In this document: positions 1 to 12,681 of the stretch, one piece after another
Layout of the letters: the number at the start of each line of letters is the position of its first letter
How positions within the stretch are numbered: the first letter of the stretch is position 1
Assembly: GCA_002104905.1 (NCBI GenBank)
Contig: MCFE01000312.1
Span: forward strand, 1-64,000
DNA: 64,000 bases
Direction of reading: 5' to 3'
Source: Basidiobolus meristosporus CBS 931.73
Taxonomy: Eukaryota > Fungi > Basidiobolomycota
The notes under the pieces: model-generated
Database searches by the model: none
Told to the model about the DNA's origin: nothing
Seen by the model: the letters and a program-made list of their open reading frames with translations, nothing else
Translations under genes and position numbers: made by a program

Positions 1-395
1 GATGAATGACATTTTCATACCCATTGCAAGCATCAATAATGATCTTTTTGTTGAAATCAGTTCCATCCTTAGTATCGCATTTACTGGTGTAGAAGCAGTG
101 AGTTAATTCGGTGTGGAATGTGGTGGTATTTGGTGTGTTATAGTCGCACATCAAAGATAGGGAAGGATAGTATCCACTATCTTTAGGGTCGGTGGTAAAA
201 CCAATTAAAAGCTTCGCACCGGTAGTCTGGAAACATTGTTTAATATCATGATGAGAATACAAAATACCGGGAATATCCTACCTGGACGCAATCGTTAACG
301 CATTTTGAGTGACTCTCCAACGAGGGAATGCTATCTTTTTTGGCGGCAACCACAGTCAAAGCAACAAGACCGGAAATGATTGATGAGAAACGCAT
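1..395 (-). CDS. Small secreted cysteine-rich protein (3' end runs off the window)
   Basis: ATG at 395 gives signal peptide MRFSSIISGLVALTVVAA. A GTAGGA...TTCCAG intron at 281-227 joins ...KCVNDCVQ to an open exon TTGAKLLIGF...MCDYN...HCFYTSKCD...ACNG that reaches base 1. Six Cys are visible. Confidence 0.7.
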
Positions 396-1718
396 ACTGA
401 TAAGTGAATGACCTGTGTGAAAAGCACTTATATAACACACAAGTATATATATTGGAAAATGGTCTCAAGGTGGAATGTACAAAATGAGGCTTGTGAAGTT
501 TCCCCTGATCTGACAAGCAAGAGGTTCTAGATCTTTGTTGCACGAAACTTTCTGAGATACAGGCGCGTGGAATATCAACAAAACAGTAATATTTTGATTT
601 TGCAGCATTGGTGATCTGATGAAACCGGCCAATCAATGGCCAATTTACCATCACTAAAATCGGAATGAACATCGAGCCTTGCTGGCTCCCAATGTGATTT
701 GCACAGAACATGTGAAAAGGTGGAAATTACCAAATCAGAATGTTTAGACTACAGAGAATTTCTATGGATCAATGGTCAAATCAAGTTTGGAATTTCGGGA
801 ATATGACCTTGCTTCCGGATCAAGTATCCAGAAGTAAACTTGGTGAGGGTCGGTTATGGATATATCCTTTATCTGTTCCCTGGGTGCTAAGAATACTTGT
901 GAATGTTCGACTTGGGTTATTTGGACCCACGATATTGGGTCTGGGACAGATCATTCGCTAATGACTGCTTTGGGCGTCCACAGGCTCATGTAGATGGCTA
1001 TCTAATCCTGAAATAGCTGGATCTCAGATAATATTAATAGCATTGTGAACCCTCGGGGATCACTTTCCATAATTCCGGTAATAGCTAGAAGATTTCGAGA
1101 ATAATAAGATTGCTAGAATGCTTGTGACGCAAACACAGTGTATGGACAGCTTCTTTTCGGGCAGTACGGTTCCAGCACCATTGATACCTCCTGAAGTTTA
1201 AGTTGGTATCATGGCACCGATGGATCAAATGGAATATCAAAATCGAGGACCTACGTTGCCAACAATAGGGCCTAACTTCACTTAGCCCAGACTTCTGATC
1301 CAGGCCTACCACAGTGTACCTGGTCCTGATGATTTTTAAGCCAAGAAATTGAAAGGGCCTTGTGTTAATGCCCGATAGACCATATTCTAGGTTGTGCTCC
1401 GTTGTTCATCGTTGGCTGTTTTTTTTCGTGGGCACTTGCCCTTCAAATGCGGTGATATCGGCGTATGTTAGCTCTACGGCGCTGGCTACTATTTCTTCTA
1501 TGAAAAGATTCCCAGTGCGAGCACACAGTGCTCACGTGTAGATGCATGTATCAGTATTTGTCATTAAAGTTTTGAGTAAAAAAGTTTAATGCCCTTATCT
1601 TAGTGCTTGACATTGCCTTTTGCCCGAGTCGGATCTACTTGGATGTAATTTTCCAGGAGTGGACCTCTCTAGACATATAAATGTTGGATCGTGTATCTGG
1701 TTTCTTGGCATGCGAGTG

Positions 1719-1729
1719 AATCACGTGAC
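1719..1729. promoter_or_regulatory. Palindromic E-box (TCACGTGAC) upstream of the ADP1-like gene
   Basis: AATCACGTGAC lies about 110 bp before the ATG, with a second CACGTG at about 1534. It matches the bHLH (Cbf1-type) core; function is not shown. Confidence 0.25.
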
Positions 1730-1838
1730 GGCAGACGTAATATATATCGATTCACACCTCAATAAACAAAAAATTGTTGAGTCATAGATTTCTCTTTGTG
1801 ATTCACACAAGACACTCCCTCGTTGCACAGCATTGAGA

Positions 1839-4800
1839 ATGGATTTTAAAGCGTGGAAAACCCATGTATTTATCATATGCGCACTGGCCTTCCTGACCAT
1901 GGGAATGGCCGAAATTTCCTATGTGCCTACTGTCACCACTGTCACCGTCTTTCCGACCAGTACAAGCACACCAATGAAAAGCTGTAAAGAATCAGGGTGT
2001 CTTAACTTTGGTACTTGCACGGATGTTGGAACATGTTCTTGTGTAACAGGTTTTGGTGGCCCCGATTGTGGATTGCTTGCCTGTAACTCGTCCTCCACTG
2101 TAGATCTTAGTAGAGAACTGGCTCCCGCTCACGGCGGGATTTGCAAAGCGTGCGATGAGGGCTTTACCGGATTGAATTGTAACATCTGTACTACGAACTA
2201 TGGGTGCTCATCCCACAGACAGCTTTACCCTCCAATCACTACTGGTGAAACAATGGTATGTAACACCAAGCCGGAAGTCGTCCATCAAAGTTATCTACAA
2301 TGCCCGATTACTGGTAAGGCGTCATATAAAGTCCACGTGCATGTATTCAGGTTAACTAACACTGCACTTAACTTTCGTAGATGCGTCGTTGCTCACCTTA
2401 TATCCGGGGACTGTCGAGATGACGTTTACGCGGAACATTACCGGCTATTCGTATGTTCAATTGTTTTGGAATGACAAAGAACAGTTTACTTGTCATATGG
2501 ATAAATGCACCCAGAAGCTTGTTGGTACGTTAAACCTGTGTTTCTAATATCGCCAGCCAGTTGATTTACGCCGATGTGTAGGCACCGTTAATTGGGAATG
2601 CCAGGAGATGAAGTGTGAATGTTTACCTGAAGCTGCTTTTTGCGGTGGACCAGGATCAACTATGAACATTCAGGGTATGATTGACCAAATGACTGGATAC
2701 AACGTGCTTTCATGTCATAACGACACGTGCTCATGGGAAGGTAGTGACCATTCAATGGCTTTTTTCACGGCAAATGCTGACCTGACAATTTCCAATTGCT
2801 GTCCCTTACAGAGTCTCATATCAAAACCTTCTTCCCTAGTGGTTTCCCGCTATCTGATTGCAAATTTGGCGAGTGCGCCTATCCTAGTGAGCTAGATTTT
2901 AATACAACTTCGAATGTGAGAAGAAAAGTTTACTTCATATTAGGAAATCCTACTCAAACTCCCTTATCCCCTTCAGGCGGCATACAAAATTAGCAAGGGG
3001 GTCTTAGCTGTGATCATTATTTTTGCACTGGTTGTCCTAGCCTTGGTTGTTATCTGTGGTTTTGCTAAACGTACTCAAATGATAATGCGTCGTCGGGAGA
3101 TTCCCCCTCCTGCTACTGGAGTCAATATTGAGTGGAAAAACCTTGTATACGAGGTGCAGCTCAAAGGAAAAGGCTTCGGTTTTAAAACCCTGAAGAGTGG
3201 TCAGACCACCACCATCTTGGATGGGATCTCTGGACGTGCTTCCAAAGGCCAGGTTCTAGCGATCATGGGACCTAGTGGTATGTAGAACTGCATAGATTCT
3301 TGTTGTAATTGTGTTTAATTGACGTTTTGTTCTTAATCGATTACCTATAGGTACCGGAAAAACCACTTTGGTTGATATACTTGGTGGAAAGAGGAAGAGT
3401 GGTAAAGTCCGCGGCAGTTTACTGGTAGACGGCCGAGCTATGTCTACGGCAGAAATGCGTCATCTTGTCGGCTTTGTGGACCAAGAATTTGTCCTGGCTC
3501 CAGAGCTAACGGTCTACGAATCTCTAATGTTCTCCGCTTGCTTAAGACTTCCGGACTGTGTACCGTATAAAGAAAAATGCCAAAGAGTGGAGGATCTCAT
3601 AGTGAAATTAGGATTAGAGAAGGTCAGAGATAGACGAGTTGGCAGCGTTGCCACACGAAGCCTGTCTGGTGGCGAAAAGCGACGTGTAGCCATTGGTTTG
3701 GAGTTGGTTAGTGAACCCGCAATCTTGATCCTGGATGAGCCGCTTTCCGGATTGGACTCCTTTTCGGCCGCTATGGTCATCAGAATTTTGCACGATTTGG
3801 CTAAGGGCCCCAACAAAACTACCGTCATTCTTACGATCCATCAACCCAGAAGCGATATTTTCCAGATGTTCGACAGCACACTAATCCTGGCCAAGGGCAC
3901 TACCTTGTATTACGGTCCACCAAGTGAAGCAGCTAGCTACTTTTCGGAGGCAGACCTGCATTGCCCCCCTAACTACAATATTGCAGATTATTTATTGGAC
4001 ATTGCACTGAAGCCTGAGCTTCTTAAACAAGCTGCGAGGTACAATAGTGAGCGCGGTGGATTTATGATCAATAACAGTGACGGGAGTGAAACCAAAGAAT
4101 CCCTGAAGGAAGCAGATAACCTCGATATTCAACCCGCTACCGCATTCCTGACTCAGTTCTACCTGCTAAGCAAACGCAACTTCCTTATCTTGATCCGTAA
4201 CCAAGGACTGATGTTGACCCATTTTGCTGCTGCAATCATTCTGGGAATTATCGTTGGAGGCCTATACTGGCAGATTTCTGACGATCTTGGTGGTTTCCAG
4301 AGTCGCCTGGGTGCTCTTTTCTTCGTCATGGCGGTGCTTGCTTTCACAGCTTTGGGTGCCTTGGGAACTTTCTTAGAGGACCGTTTATTGTTTATCCGGG
4401 AGCGCTCCAATGGATATTATAGGCCTCTGCCCTATATTACCTCTAAACTTCTTTTCGACCTGGTTCCTCTGCGTGTTATACCGGCCATTGTTTTGGGCTG
4501 TATTACATATTGGATGGTCGGCCTCTCGCCCAACGGCTCCACTTTCGCTAGATTCCTACTGACTCTGGTGCTGTTCAATGGTGCAGCCGGGCTCTTCTGT
4601 ATAGCAGTAGCTGCCTCTATCCGTGGCACTGGTGTTTCGTCTCTCTTGGCTTCGCTCGTGATGCTGTTCTTCATGTTGTTTGGAGGTCTTCTAATCAATC
4701 AAAGTAAGTCGAGGTCTAATATTCCAAATTCAGCGGATTCTGTTATCTTACTCTTACTATAAGATGAAATCCCTCCTGCGCTTTCATGGCTGCAGTATAT

Positions 4801-5096
4801 TTCGATGTTCCGATACGGCTTCCAAGCACTCTCAGTCAACGAAATCGTTGGGCTGAGAATTATTGGCAAGATGGGCGGAATCGATATTAACGTAAGTGAA
4901 AAAAATTCACGAATCTTGCTAAATTCAGCACACTAACCTTCTATGGTAGATTCCTGCATCCATTGTGCTAACCGAAATGTTCGGCTTTTCGGCCGATGGA
5001 ATATACAAGAACATCATCATCTTGGCATGGTATTGGGTGATACTAATCGTCATCATCATATTACTAGTCCAATTCACCGTAAAGGAACGTCGATAG
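1839..5096 (+). CDS. ADP1: ADP1-like ABCG half-transporter with N-terminal extracellular EGF-like Cys-rich region (multi-exon)
   Basis: Signal peptide, then EGF-like C-x-C...GFGGPDC and CDEGFTGLNC. Walker A GPSG/TGKTTL is split by an intron. Signature LSGGEKRRVAIG, Walker B ILILDEP and H-loop TIHQP follow, then the ABC2 membrane domain. Stop TAG at 5094-5096. Confidence 0.9.
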
Positions 5097-5989
5097 GGTG
5101 AAAAAAATTCTCACTTCTGTTGCTTAGGCTTTCTTGATTTTCTCCTCTTAATCATTCATGTTGTAAACTTCCACGTTATCTGTTTGCTTCAAAATACTCT
5201 AATACAAAACCATAGATATAATAAAACATTAGATATATCACCTGATCCGCATCCTCCTACACCATCGATGCGCATTTTGGAAAAGTTCCTAGAACTCTTT
5301 GTTGGGAAAAATAGAACCTTCGAAATGGCATTTCCGAAACATTGTTTCAGCAAAAATTACATTGTCCCAACTGTCGCCAATCAGTATTGCAATCAATTAA
5401 CCATCCAACTTCATTTTGTTGGGCGAATAATCCATAAGTTATCTCATCTCATACTATTGACAATGATTTTGCGCTCGTTTTCCGCGGCCTTCTACAACAC
5501 AACGTGATATCAAATTCCACGAAATTTCGCCAATAGCATAAGCACTAAACATTCAGCAGCTATTCAAAGCACACTCTACTTCTTAATTAGTGACACTTTT
5601 GATGATTCCAAATCATTTTCGTCTTCATTTATATCCAATGGATTTATCAACATCTTGTTGTGAATATTTTATCATATTATTATAATGTCAAATTTGCTGC
5701 AATTGATTTGTTAGGCACCTAATTGTTCATTAAACATCATCAGTTATAGTTGATCAGTATCCTCGATATTAATTTCGATCAATTTTTTAAGGTCTTCGAA
5801 TTATAAAAACAATGAAAAGATCAAAGTGTCATCTCTCTTAGCCTTAACGATATTTATATCAATTGTTGACACATAAGGTTCCATAAAATCCTAACATTTA
5901 CGTTTTCTCATATAGTGAACGGTGAAAAGCCGTTATGATGGTGTTTGCTTATTTTGAATTAGCCTCGCATGACACTCATTATTTCTTGG

Positions 5990-8090
5990 AAATAGCGGAA
6001 ACATCCCCAAACTTTGCACACGACTTCCGGCGGCATTCCTCAAAACATTCTTATCATCATAACGAAGCTCGCATCAAAGTAATAATACTGCTTTTTGACT
6101 CAATAAATCTATAAGTGGAAGCCACACTTCTTCAAATCACTTCCAAGCTTCCACCGCTAGTTTTAGCAAATCAATCATACACCCTACTCTCCTACTTACC
6201 TAAAAGATATACAGTCGGAAATTGACCACTGATTGCCCACAAGACATTTGCCGTAGACCTTACAGAGTTCCTCAGGAATCTTAGTAGTTTGCTTTGAGTT
6301 GAATAAGTAGCAAATAATCATGTCACATACCATCAATCCAAATTCCTTGTTGAATTTTGCTTGGATTATTTTTCTCAAGATGTTAGGTACTCATTATATC
6401 AGAGTTTTAAAGGCTATCCAAAAGACCACTAACTTTGCACTCATGTTCTTGGTGTTTCAAAAACACCAAGAAGTACTTGAAGTAATTATGAGAGCTAGAA
6501 GATTTGCAGGATACTTGCTTGTAGCTTTTGTTATAAAAATTTGTAATTCCACCTAGTATTCACCTGACTTGGTTACTAAGATCATTACATACAGATCTCA
6601 GAGAATATTTACCAAGTTCTTTGTTGGGACTTAATTGTAATATTTTCACCAAAGCATAAGGTGTTGTAAAAACTTGTAATTCCACCTAAATATTCACCTA
6701 AATTAGTCACTTAGATCATTACCTTCAAACCATAGAGAATACTGACCAAATTCCTTGTTGAGACTTACTTAGAATATTTACCCACAACATGAAAATTAGA
6801 TAAGTTGTCCAAACAGCCCCAAGCTTTGCACACATGATCTTGGGACCTTCCTTAACCTATTCTATGTGCTTTTTATGCCAAGACCATGTAAGAGTATAAA
6901 TACCACTTTAACACTCAATAAATCATTAAGTGAAAACCACATAATCTACTTATTCTTCCAATCACTTCCAATATCTCCAATATTATTACAACACCCAGAA
7001 CATGAAAATTCTCAAAGTTATTCAAACAGCCCCAAAATTTGCACACATGATCTGGGACCCTCCTTAACCTATTCTACGTGCTTGTTATGCCAAGACAATG
7101 TAAAAGTATAAATACCACTTTAACACTCAATAAATCATCAAGTGAAAACCACATAATCTACTTGTTCTCCCAATCACTTCCAATATCTCCAAGACTCTTA
7201 CAACAGAACCAAAGGGACAATTAAGGATGGTATCTTAGAATTGTCAGAGAGTGGCAAAAATATAAGCAGAAAGGTTCTTGTCCATTGTTGGCCTTGAATA
7301 TAGCTGGGTTTGGCTATTAAAGCAATGGAGTTGGTTTGCTATGCCAGCTAGGCTTGGTGTTTTTGGGAGTGCTAGGTATGCTAAGCTTGGGTAGAAACTA
7401 GAGCAGAATTGTTGAATTCTTAACTTTGCTAAGACACAGTCTCAATCTTGTCAAGATATATATTACACAAAAAGGCTCAGTAAACTTTATTTACACTGTT
7501 CTGATCAAGTTGAATTAGTGAGTGCCAAGAGACTAGACCAATTGAAATCAATTTGGGTGTTGATAGGAGCATAAGACAAATGAAAATTGCATCAGCAATC
7601 AGCTGACATCTTGGTTACTGCTAAGTGGTTGGATCAATCTCAGATGACTAATCATTTGGAAAGGCTTGGCAGATCAGTTAATGATGTAATGACCACATGA
7701 AAATTGATCAGGTGTGATGGCTAAAGATAGATTCTGAGATAGGATAAAATAAACCATAACTGGGATTAGTTATGTTTGGGTAAGGGAGAGTCAGTTACAG
7801 TACTAGATTTTCTAACAGACTTAAAATGGCTAAGTTTTAAATGCTGATACACAACACTATTTTGCTGAATTAGTGAGAGCCTGTAAGTTATTGGTATTTC
7901 TGAGCTGGTCTAAAGGCCCCCAAGCTTTGTACACCATTTGATGAGTCATTATGTAAAGTATTCATTTTGCCAACTTTAAAGAATGTCTCTAAATCTATAA
8001 CACTGGATGTCATCTCAATAACACAAGTGATGCTTGTATAATTTTTCTACTTCTCCAAATTGCTTCCAATACTCTCTAGAATCCTGCAAC
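5990..8090. repeat. Cluster 1 of an unidentified ~310-bp repeat family ('F'), tandem and degenerate copies
   Basis: The core CCCCAAACTTTGCACAC...TAAATCATTAAGTGAAAACCACATAATCTAC...TCACTTCCAATATCTCC recurs at about 6000 (diverged), 6810, 7030 and 7910 (diverged). The upstream part CACCTAAATATTCACC...TTAGATCATT occurs at about 6550 and 6685. Confidence 0.85.
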
Positions 8091-9738
8091 ACAAAGTCCG
8101 GGACCTTTTGGCCATATTCAAAAGCTTTGATAGCTCCTGAGACTTGGTTTATTCAAATGATTAACATATATCAATTTCTTGGGGCTTTAAGTGAATAGTT
8201 ATGGACTCAGCAACTTATGAAAAGAAATTACTCATATATCACACATTTAGTACACCTTTTTAGCTTTAGTCTGAATCCTCTATAGTTTAGAACTTCAATC
8301 AGTTGCTATTAGTAGTACATAGTTGAGATAAGGCAATTTAGGAATATGTCGCGCACATGATGTACTTATGATTTATATTTCACAACCCACAGAATGCTCA
8401 GTGCTCAATGGATATATTCTCATTGTATGCTGATTGATGTTGCATAATGAAAACAATGTTCATGAATGAGCAATTTTTCATAAATCTGCTAGTAATTTCA
8501 TATAAATTAGTATCACCCACTTGAAGAAAAATTGTTGTCTATCAAGTGTTCTTTTTGTAACACAAAGGTCAATGTAAAGGTTGCAATTAGAATTGTAAAC
8601 TTTATTTCTAGAATTCCTCCATTTTTTAGGGGGGATTGAATCAGTGTTGGTTTTAGTGGTTTTGCGGTATTTTGATCTTGGATGTCTTTATAAGCATTAA
8701 TCTTCTTGCCATCTTGACATGGTTTACAATCCCCTTGGGGCTATTAATTTGTGTAAGTTGGGATGCTTGTTTCGAACACATCAAGTCAGCTGGAGTTTAT
8801 CATCTTTGCTAATCAAACAATAATTGAAGTCTGCCATCTAGAAATAGTAATCACATGGCATCTTTCTGGACTTCCAACCACTATATTGAGGGCGAAGGCC
8901 GGACCAGATGCAGTCATTGATTCCCCCGCTCAATGGTTATCCAATGATCGTAGGCTCTATTTGATTAGCTATTCTCACAGAGGCCACCTCAAGGAGATCA
9001 GAGCAGTTTACTCAAGATCCACCACCACCAACACATGTCCTGGAAACTGCCTCTTAATCAAACCCCGAATATTGTGTAGATATCCCAAACCTGTCAATCG
9101 GGGCTTTCTAGGCTCACCTCATGTTGATTCACTTGAAGAACAAGCGACTCTAGTCTTCTCGTCAACCGACTGTGGTGACATCATGGATCCCTTTCGGCTC
9201 TGAGGTCACTGCTAAGGAGTGCTTACAATTATGGCGTATCGAGTTCCACGCCATTTCCAATGATACCAACAGCACGTGAATCCGCACTTAACCACCGATC
9301 CTTTCCTACCAAGATGCTCGATTGGGTACCTTGTCGAATGCTGTGGATGGCTGGTAACTGGGAGTTCTTCAAGCTGTACTGGTACTGATCATGAAATATA
9401 GCAAACACCAGATCCAAATGGATTCTCAATAATATAACTGGAATGTTGTTTCAACATTAAACAAAAGAAACCCATGCGCTACTGTCCAGCACATCAATTG
9501 GTCATTATTACGCATCAAAATCAACAGCATCAATCAGACTATGTGGAGCCAATGAGTGCGCTCAGTCCACCCAGGTTCGACTGAAGTATCCCCCAAGGTA
9601 TTTTCTAGTGTTTTAATAGGTGGGACCGCGAAAACCGATCCACTCGCAAATTACTAAATATACGCAACGGAGGGACTATTTTCTTTTGTATTTCCTACAC
9701 AAGAGTAGCGGCTAATAGTGCATCTTGTTTTATTCAGC

Positions 9739-10704
9739 ATGTCTACCTCCAACTCTATCAAAATATTGACCGGCAATTCCAATCCCGACTTGGCCTCTCG
9801 TGTGGCTAAACATTTGGGCATTGAGCTCTGCAACGTAACAGTCGTCAAGTTCTCCAACCAGGAAACCTCGGTGACCATTGGTGAATCCGTTCGTGATGAA
9901 GATGTCTTCATTATTCAGTCAGGTTGCGGCGAAATCAACGACAACTTGATGGAACTTCTTATTATGCTCAACGCTTGTAAAACTGCTTCTGCCCGCCGGA
10001 TTACCGCAGTTATTCCTTGTTTCCCTTACGCTCGACAGGACAAGAAGGATAAGTCGCGCGCCCCCATCTCGGCGAAGCTCATTGCCAACATGCTTACCGT
10101 TGCCGGGGCCAATCATGTGATCACCGTAGACCTTCACGCTTCCCAAATCCAGGGCTTCTTCGATATCCCAGTAGATAATTTGTTTGCTGAGCCACTCGTT
10201 TTGAAGTATATCCGTAACGAGATCCCCAACTTCAGAAACGCAGTGATTGTGTCTCCAGACGCTGGAGGTGCCAAGCGTGCCACTGCGATCGCTGACCATC
10301 TGGACCTAGAGTTTGCTTTGATTCACAAGGAGCGCAAGAAAGCCAACGAGGTCTCTCGTATGGTATTGGTGGGCGATGTCAAAGGCAAAGCCGGGATTCT
10401 TGTGGATGACATGGCTGATACCTGTGGTACTCTCGGGCTTGCGGCCAGAACCCTCATAGACAATGGCGCAACCCAGGTGTATGCCATTGTCACTCATGGA
10501 GTTCTTTCAGGCAAAGCACTGAAAGTGATCAATGAGTCTGTCCTAGAGAAAGTGGTAGTGACCAACACGATTCCCCATGAGGATAAGAAGCAACTCTGTC
10601 ATAAAATCGAGACTATAGATGTTTCGGCCACTCTGGCAGAGGCGATTAGAAGAACTCACAATGGAGAGTCGGTATCATATTTATTCCACAGCGTGCCGGA
10701 GTAA
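9739..10704 (+). CDS. PRS: Ribose-phosphate pyrophosphokinase (PRPP synthetase), intronless
   Basis: Motifs [47 protein letters not shown] and the PRPP-binding [10 protein letters not shown]. First ATG is at 9739. Confidence 0.97.
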   Translation: MSTSNSIKILTGNSNPDLASRVAKHLGIELCNVTVVKFSNQETSVTIGESVRDEDVFIIQSGCGEINDNLMELLIMLNACKTASARRITAVIPCFPYARQDKKDKSRAPISAKLIANMLTVAGANHVITVDLHASQIQGFFDIPVDNLFAEPLVLKYIRNEIPNFRNAVIVSPDAGGAKRATAIADHLDLEFALIHKERKKANEVSRMVLVGDVKGKAGILVDDMADTCGTLGLAARTLIDNGATQVYAIVTHGVLSGKALKVINESVLEKVVVTNTIPHEDKKQLCHKIETIDVSATLAEAIRRTHNGESVSYLFHSVPE

Positions 10705-10946
10705 ATCCGCAATACACAGATACGCTCCCCCTTCCACCTTGTTTTATAAACCCCCATCACATGCGCAATAAACGCCTTCTTACTTTAACAAATAGAACTG
10801 ATGGGGGAGCTGGTCAGATCGCCACCAAGGGTTATAATTTCATAGAGTATATTTACGGAATGCCTTCTCGGCTGAACAAAATCTACAGGTTATAATTATA
10901 TAATAAATGAATCTAACTATTCGATGATCCCTGAATCCCACCGAAC

Positions 10947-12681
10947 TCAGCCCGTGCTCTTTTTACAAGTGCGCTCCTTAGCGGAGGAATCCAAGTACTT
11001 TCTAGCCGAGGAGAGAATCGCGTCCGGGATTTCTTCGGCGCGATGACAATCCTCTTCCGCCGATGGCTCATCGGTCAAACCACCCAGTTTTCTCCAGGTT
11101 TTGAGATCAAGTAGCTCCTGCTTATCGGTCTTGTGATCCACCTCCTCAGCAGCAGCACCATTACGCTGCGACTTCCAGAGAATGTCTGTGGCGATGTGGA
11201 TCAAGGCCACCAGGTAGGTCATGAAGCTGATGAAGGCGCCCTGAAGATGGCTGACAAAGGCTGGCTTGATATGCTTCATCAGGACCACAACCGACGGCTC
11301 GTAGACTTCGGTGCAGGGAGTGACTGTTCGATTCGGATGAATCACATACGGCGAGCCACGCCATTCTACCCTAGATCCAGACATCGCATAGGCCCAGAGC
11401 GGCAGGGCAGCAATTTCACGCAGGCTCCACGTCATTATGAAGTCACGGATGTTGTTGACTGGGCTCTTCATGAGCACCTGGAAGTTATTCAGGTCGTTCA
11501 GAAACCAGAAGATCATGTGGAAGGCAAAGAAGCTCAGCGGATGGATCTTCCACAACAGACTAAACCCGTATGATGCCAAGAGGCCGCAAACTATGGACTC
11601 GGTGAACGGTTCCACCAACGTGGCCGTGGTGACCATGTATTTGCGTAGTCGAATCCATCGAGCACGCCTCTTGAAGTAGTCGATGGTTTTCATGGTCCCC
11701 AACGATTGATAGGCCAGGTCCTGTGTCATCTCATGCTTGTAGCCCATGTCCCAAATTGCCTGGGCAATCTCGTTGTCCTCTGCGAGGTACTTCTTGAATG
11801 CCGATAGCCCACCAACACGCTCTAAGACACTTCGGCGGAACATGTTGGATTTTCCAACGACACAGCTATCCACCGAGGCAAAGTTGATGGCGTTGTACAT
11901 CTTCGCGTGAGCTGTGTTCAAGAACATCAATTCCAGTTCGGAGCCGAAGGAATTGGGCTTCACTCCAAATGGCGCATGGTGAACCAATCCCACTTTCGGC
12001 TTGGTCAGCTTGTCTACTGACCGGCCAAGGCATCCAGCATGTGTGAACACGTTGGAGTCAAGGATCCATACTATATCATACTTGGCGGAGTTGTAGGCTC
12101 GAATCAAGTTGTTGATTTTCGGATTCACTCCGATTAAGCTTTCACCTGATGGATGCCATGCTGCATTAGAAGTGTTGGACAAGCGAGCACCTGGTCAAAA
12201 GCTGATATTTACCAATAACAATCCGAGTATCCACGTGGGGATGCTCTGCAATGATTTCCCTGACGATCTCAATAGCGGGGTCGTCGGCAGTGGCAATACA
12301 GAAAATCACTTCGAACAGCGGGTAGTCTTGCTTGAGGCTGGAGGCCAGATTCTTTCTCATACCAAAGTCCACGCCCTTGATTGGTCGCAAGATCGTCACC
12401 CCTTGAGCTTCGTTCGGAGGAAGGCGGGAAGACAACGACGGCTTTGGGTTCGTGTAGCGAAACCGGCTGTATATAGGGCAAATTCAGCAAAAAGCAACTG
12501 GCTTCATTTTCTACTGCACCTACCATATCAGATAGCCAAGAATAGAGAGCCCGACCATAAAGCCCCACCAGGCAATCGTCAGGTACATGAAGAAGATCTG
12601 AGTGTTCGAATAAGTGGAGAGGTGCATGTAAGTCGGGCTAAACGTCGGCGCTTCTTGGAAAGAGTCTTCGAGTTCTTCCAT
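10947..12681 (-). CDS. Ceramide glucosyltransferase (GT21), 3 exons
   Basis: ATG at 12681 and an N-terminal TM segment; two GT-AG introns (about 12524-12469 and 12212-12147). Motifs GVTILRPIKGVD, GVNPKINNL, WILDSNV, VVGKSNMFR, LAEDNEI and RRARWIRLRKY. Confidence 0.92.

Noticed and set aside
466-1560. ORFs 331-711, 740-961 and 1085-1312
   Set aside because: No motif, consistent splice path or family recognised in any frame I tried.
8763-9429. 146-aa and 66-aa ORFs at the edge of the repeat island
   Set aside because: No recognisable domain; they could be decayed sequence or chance ORFs.
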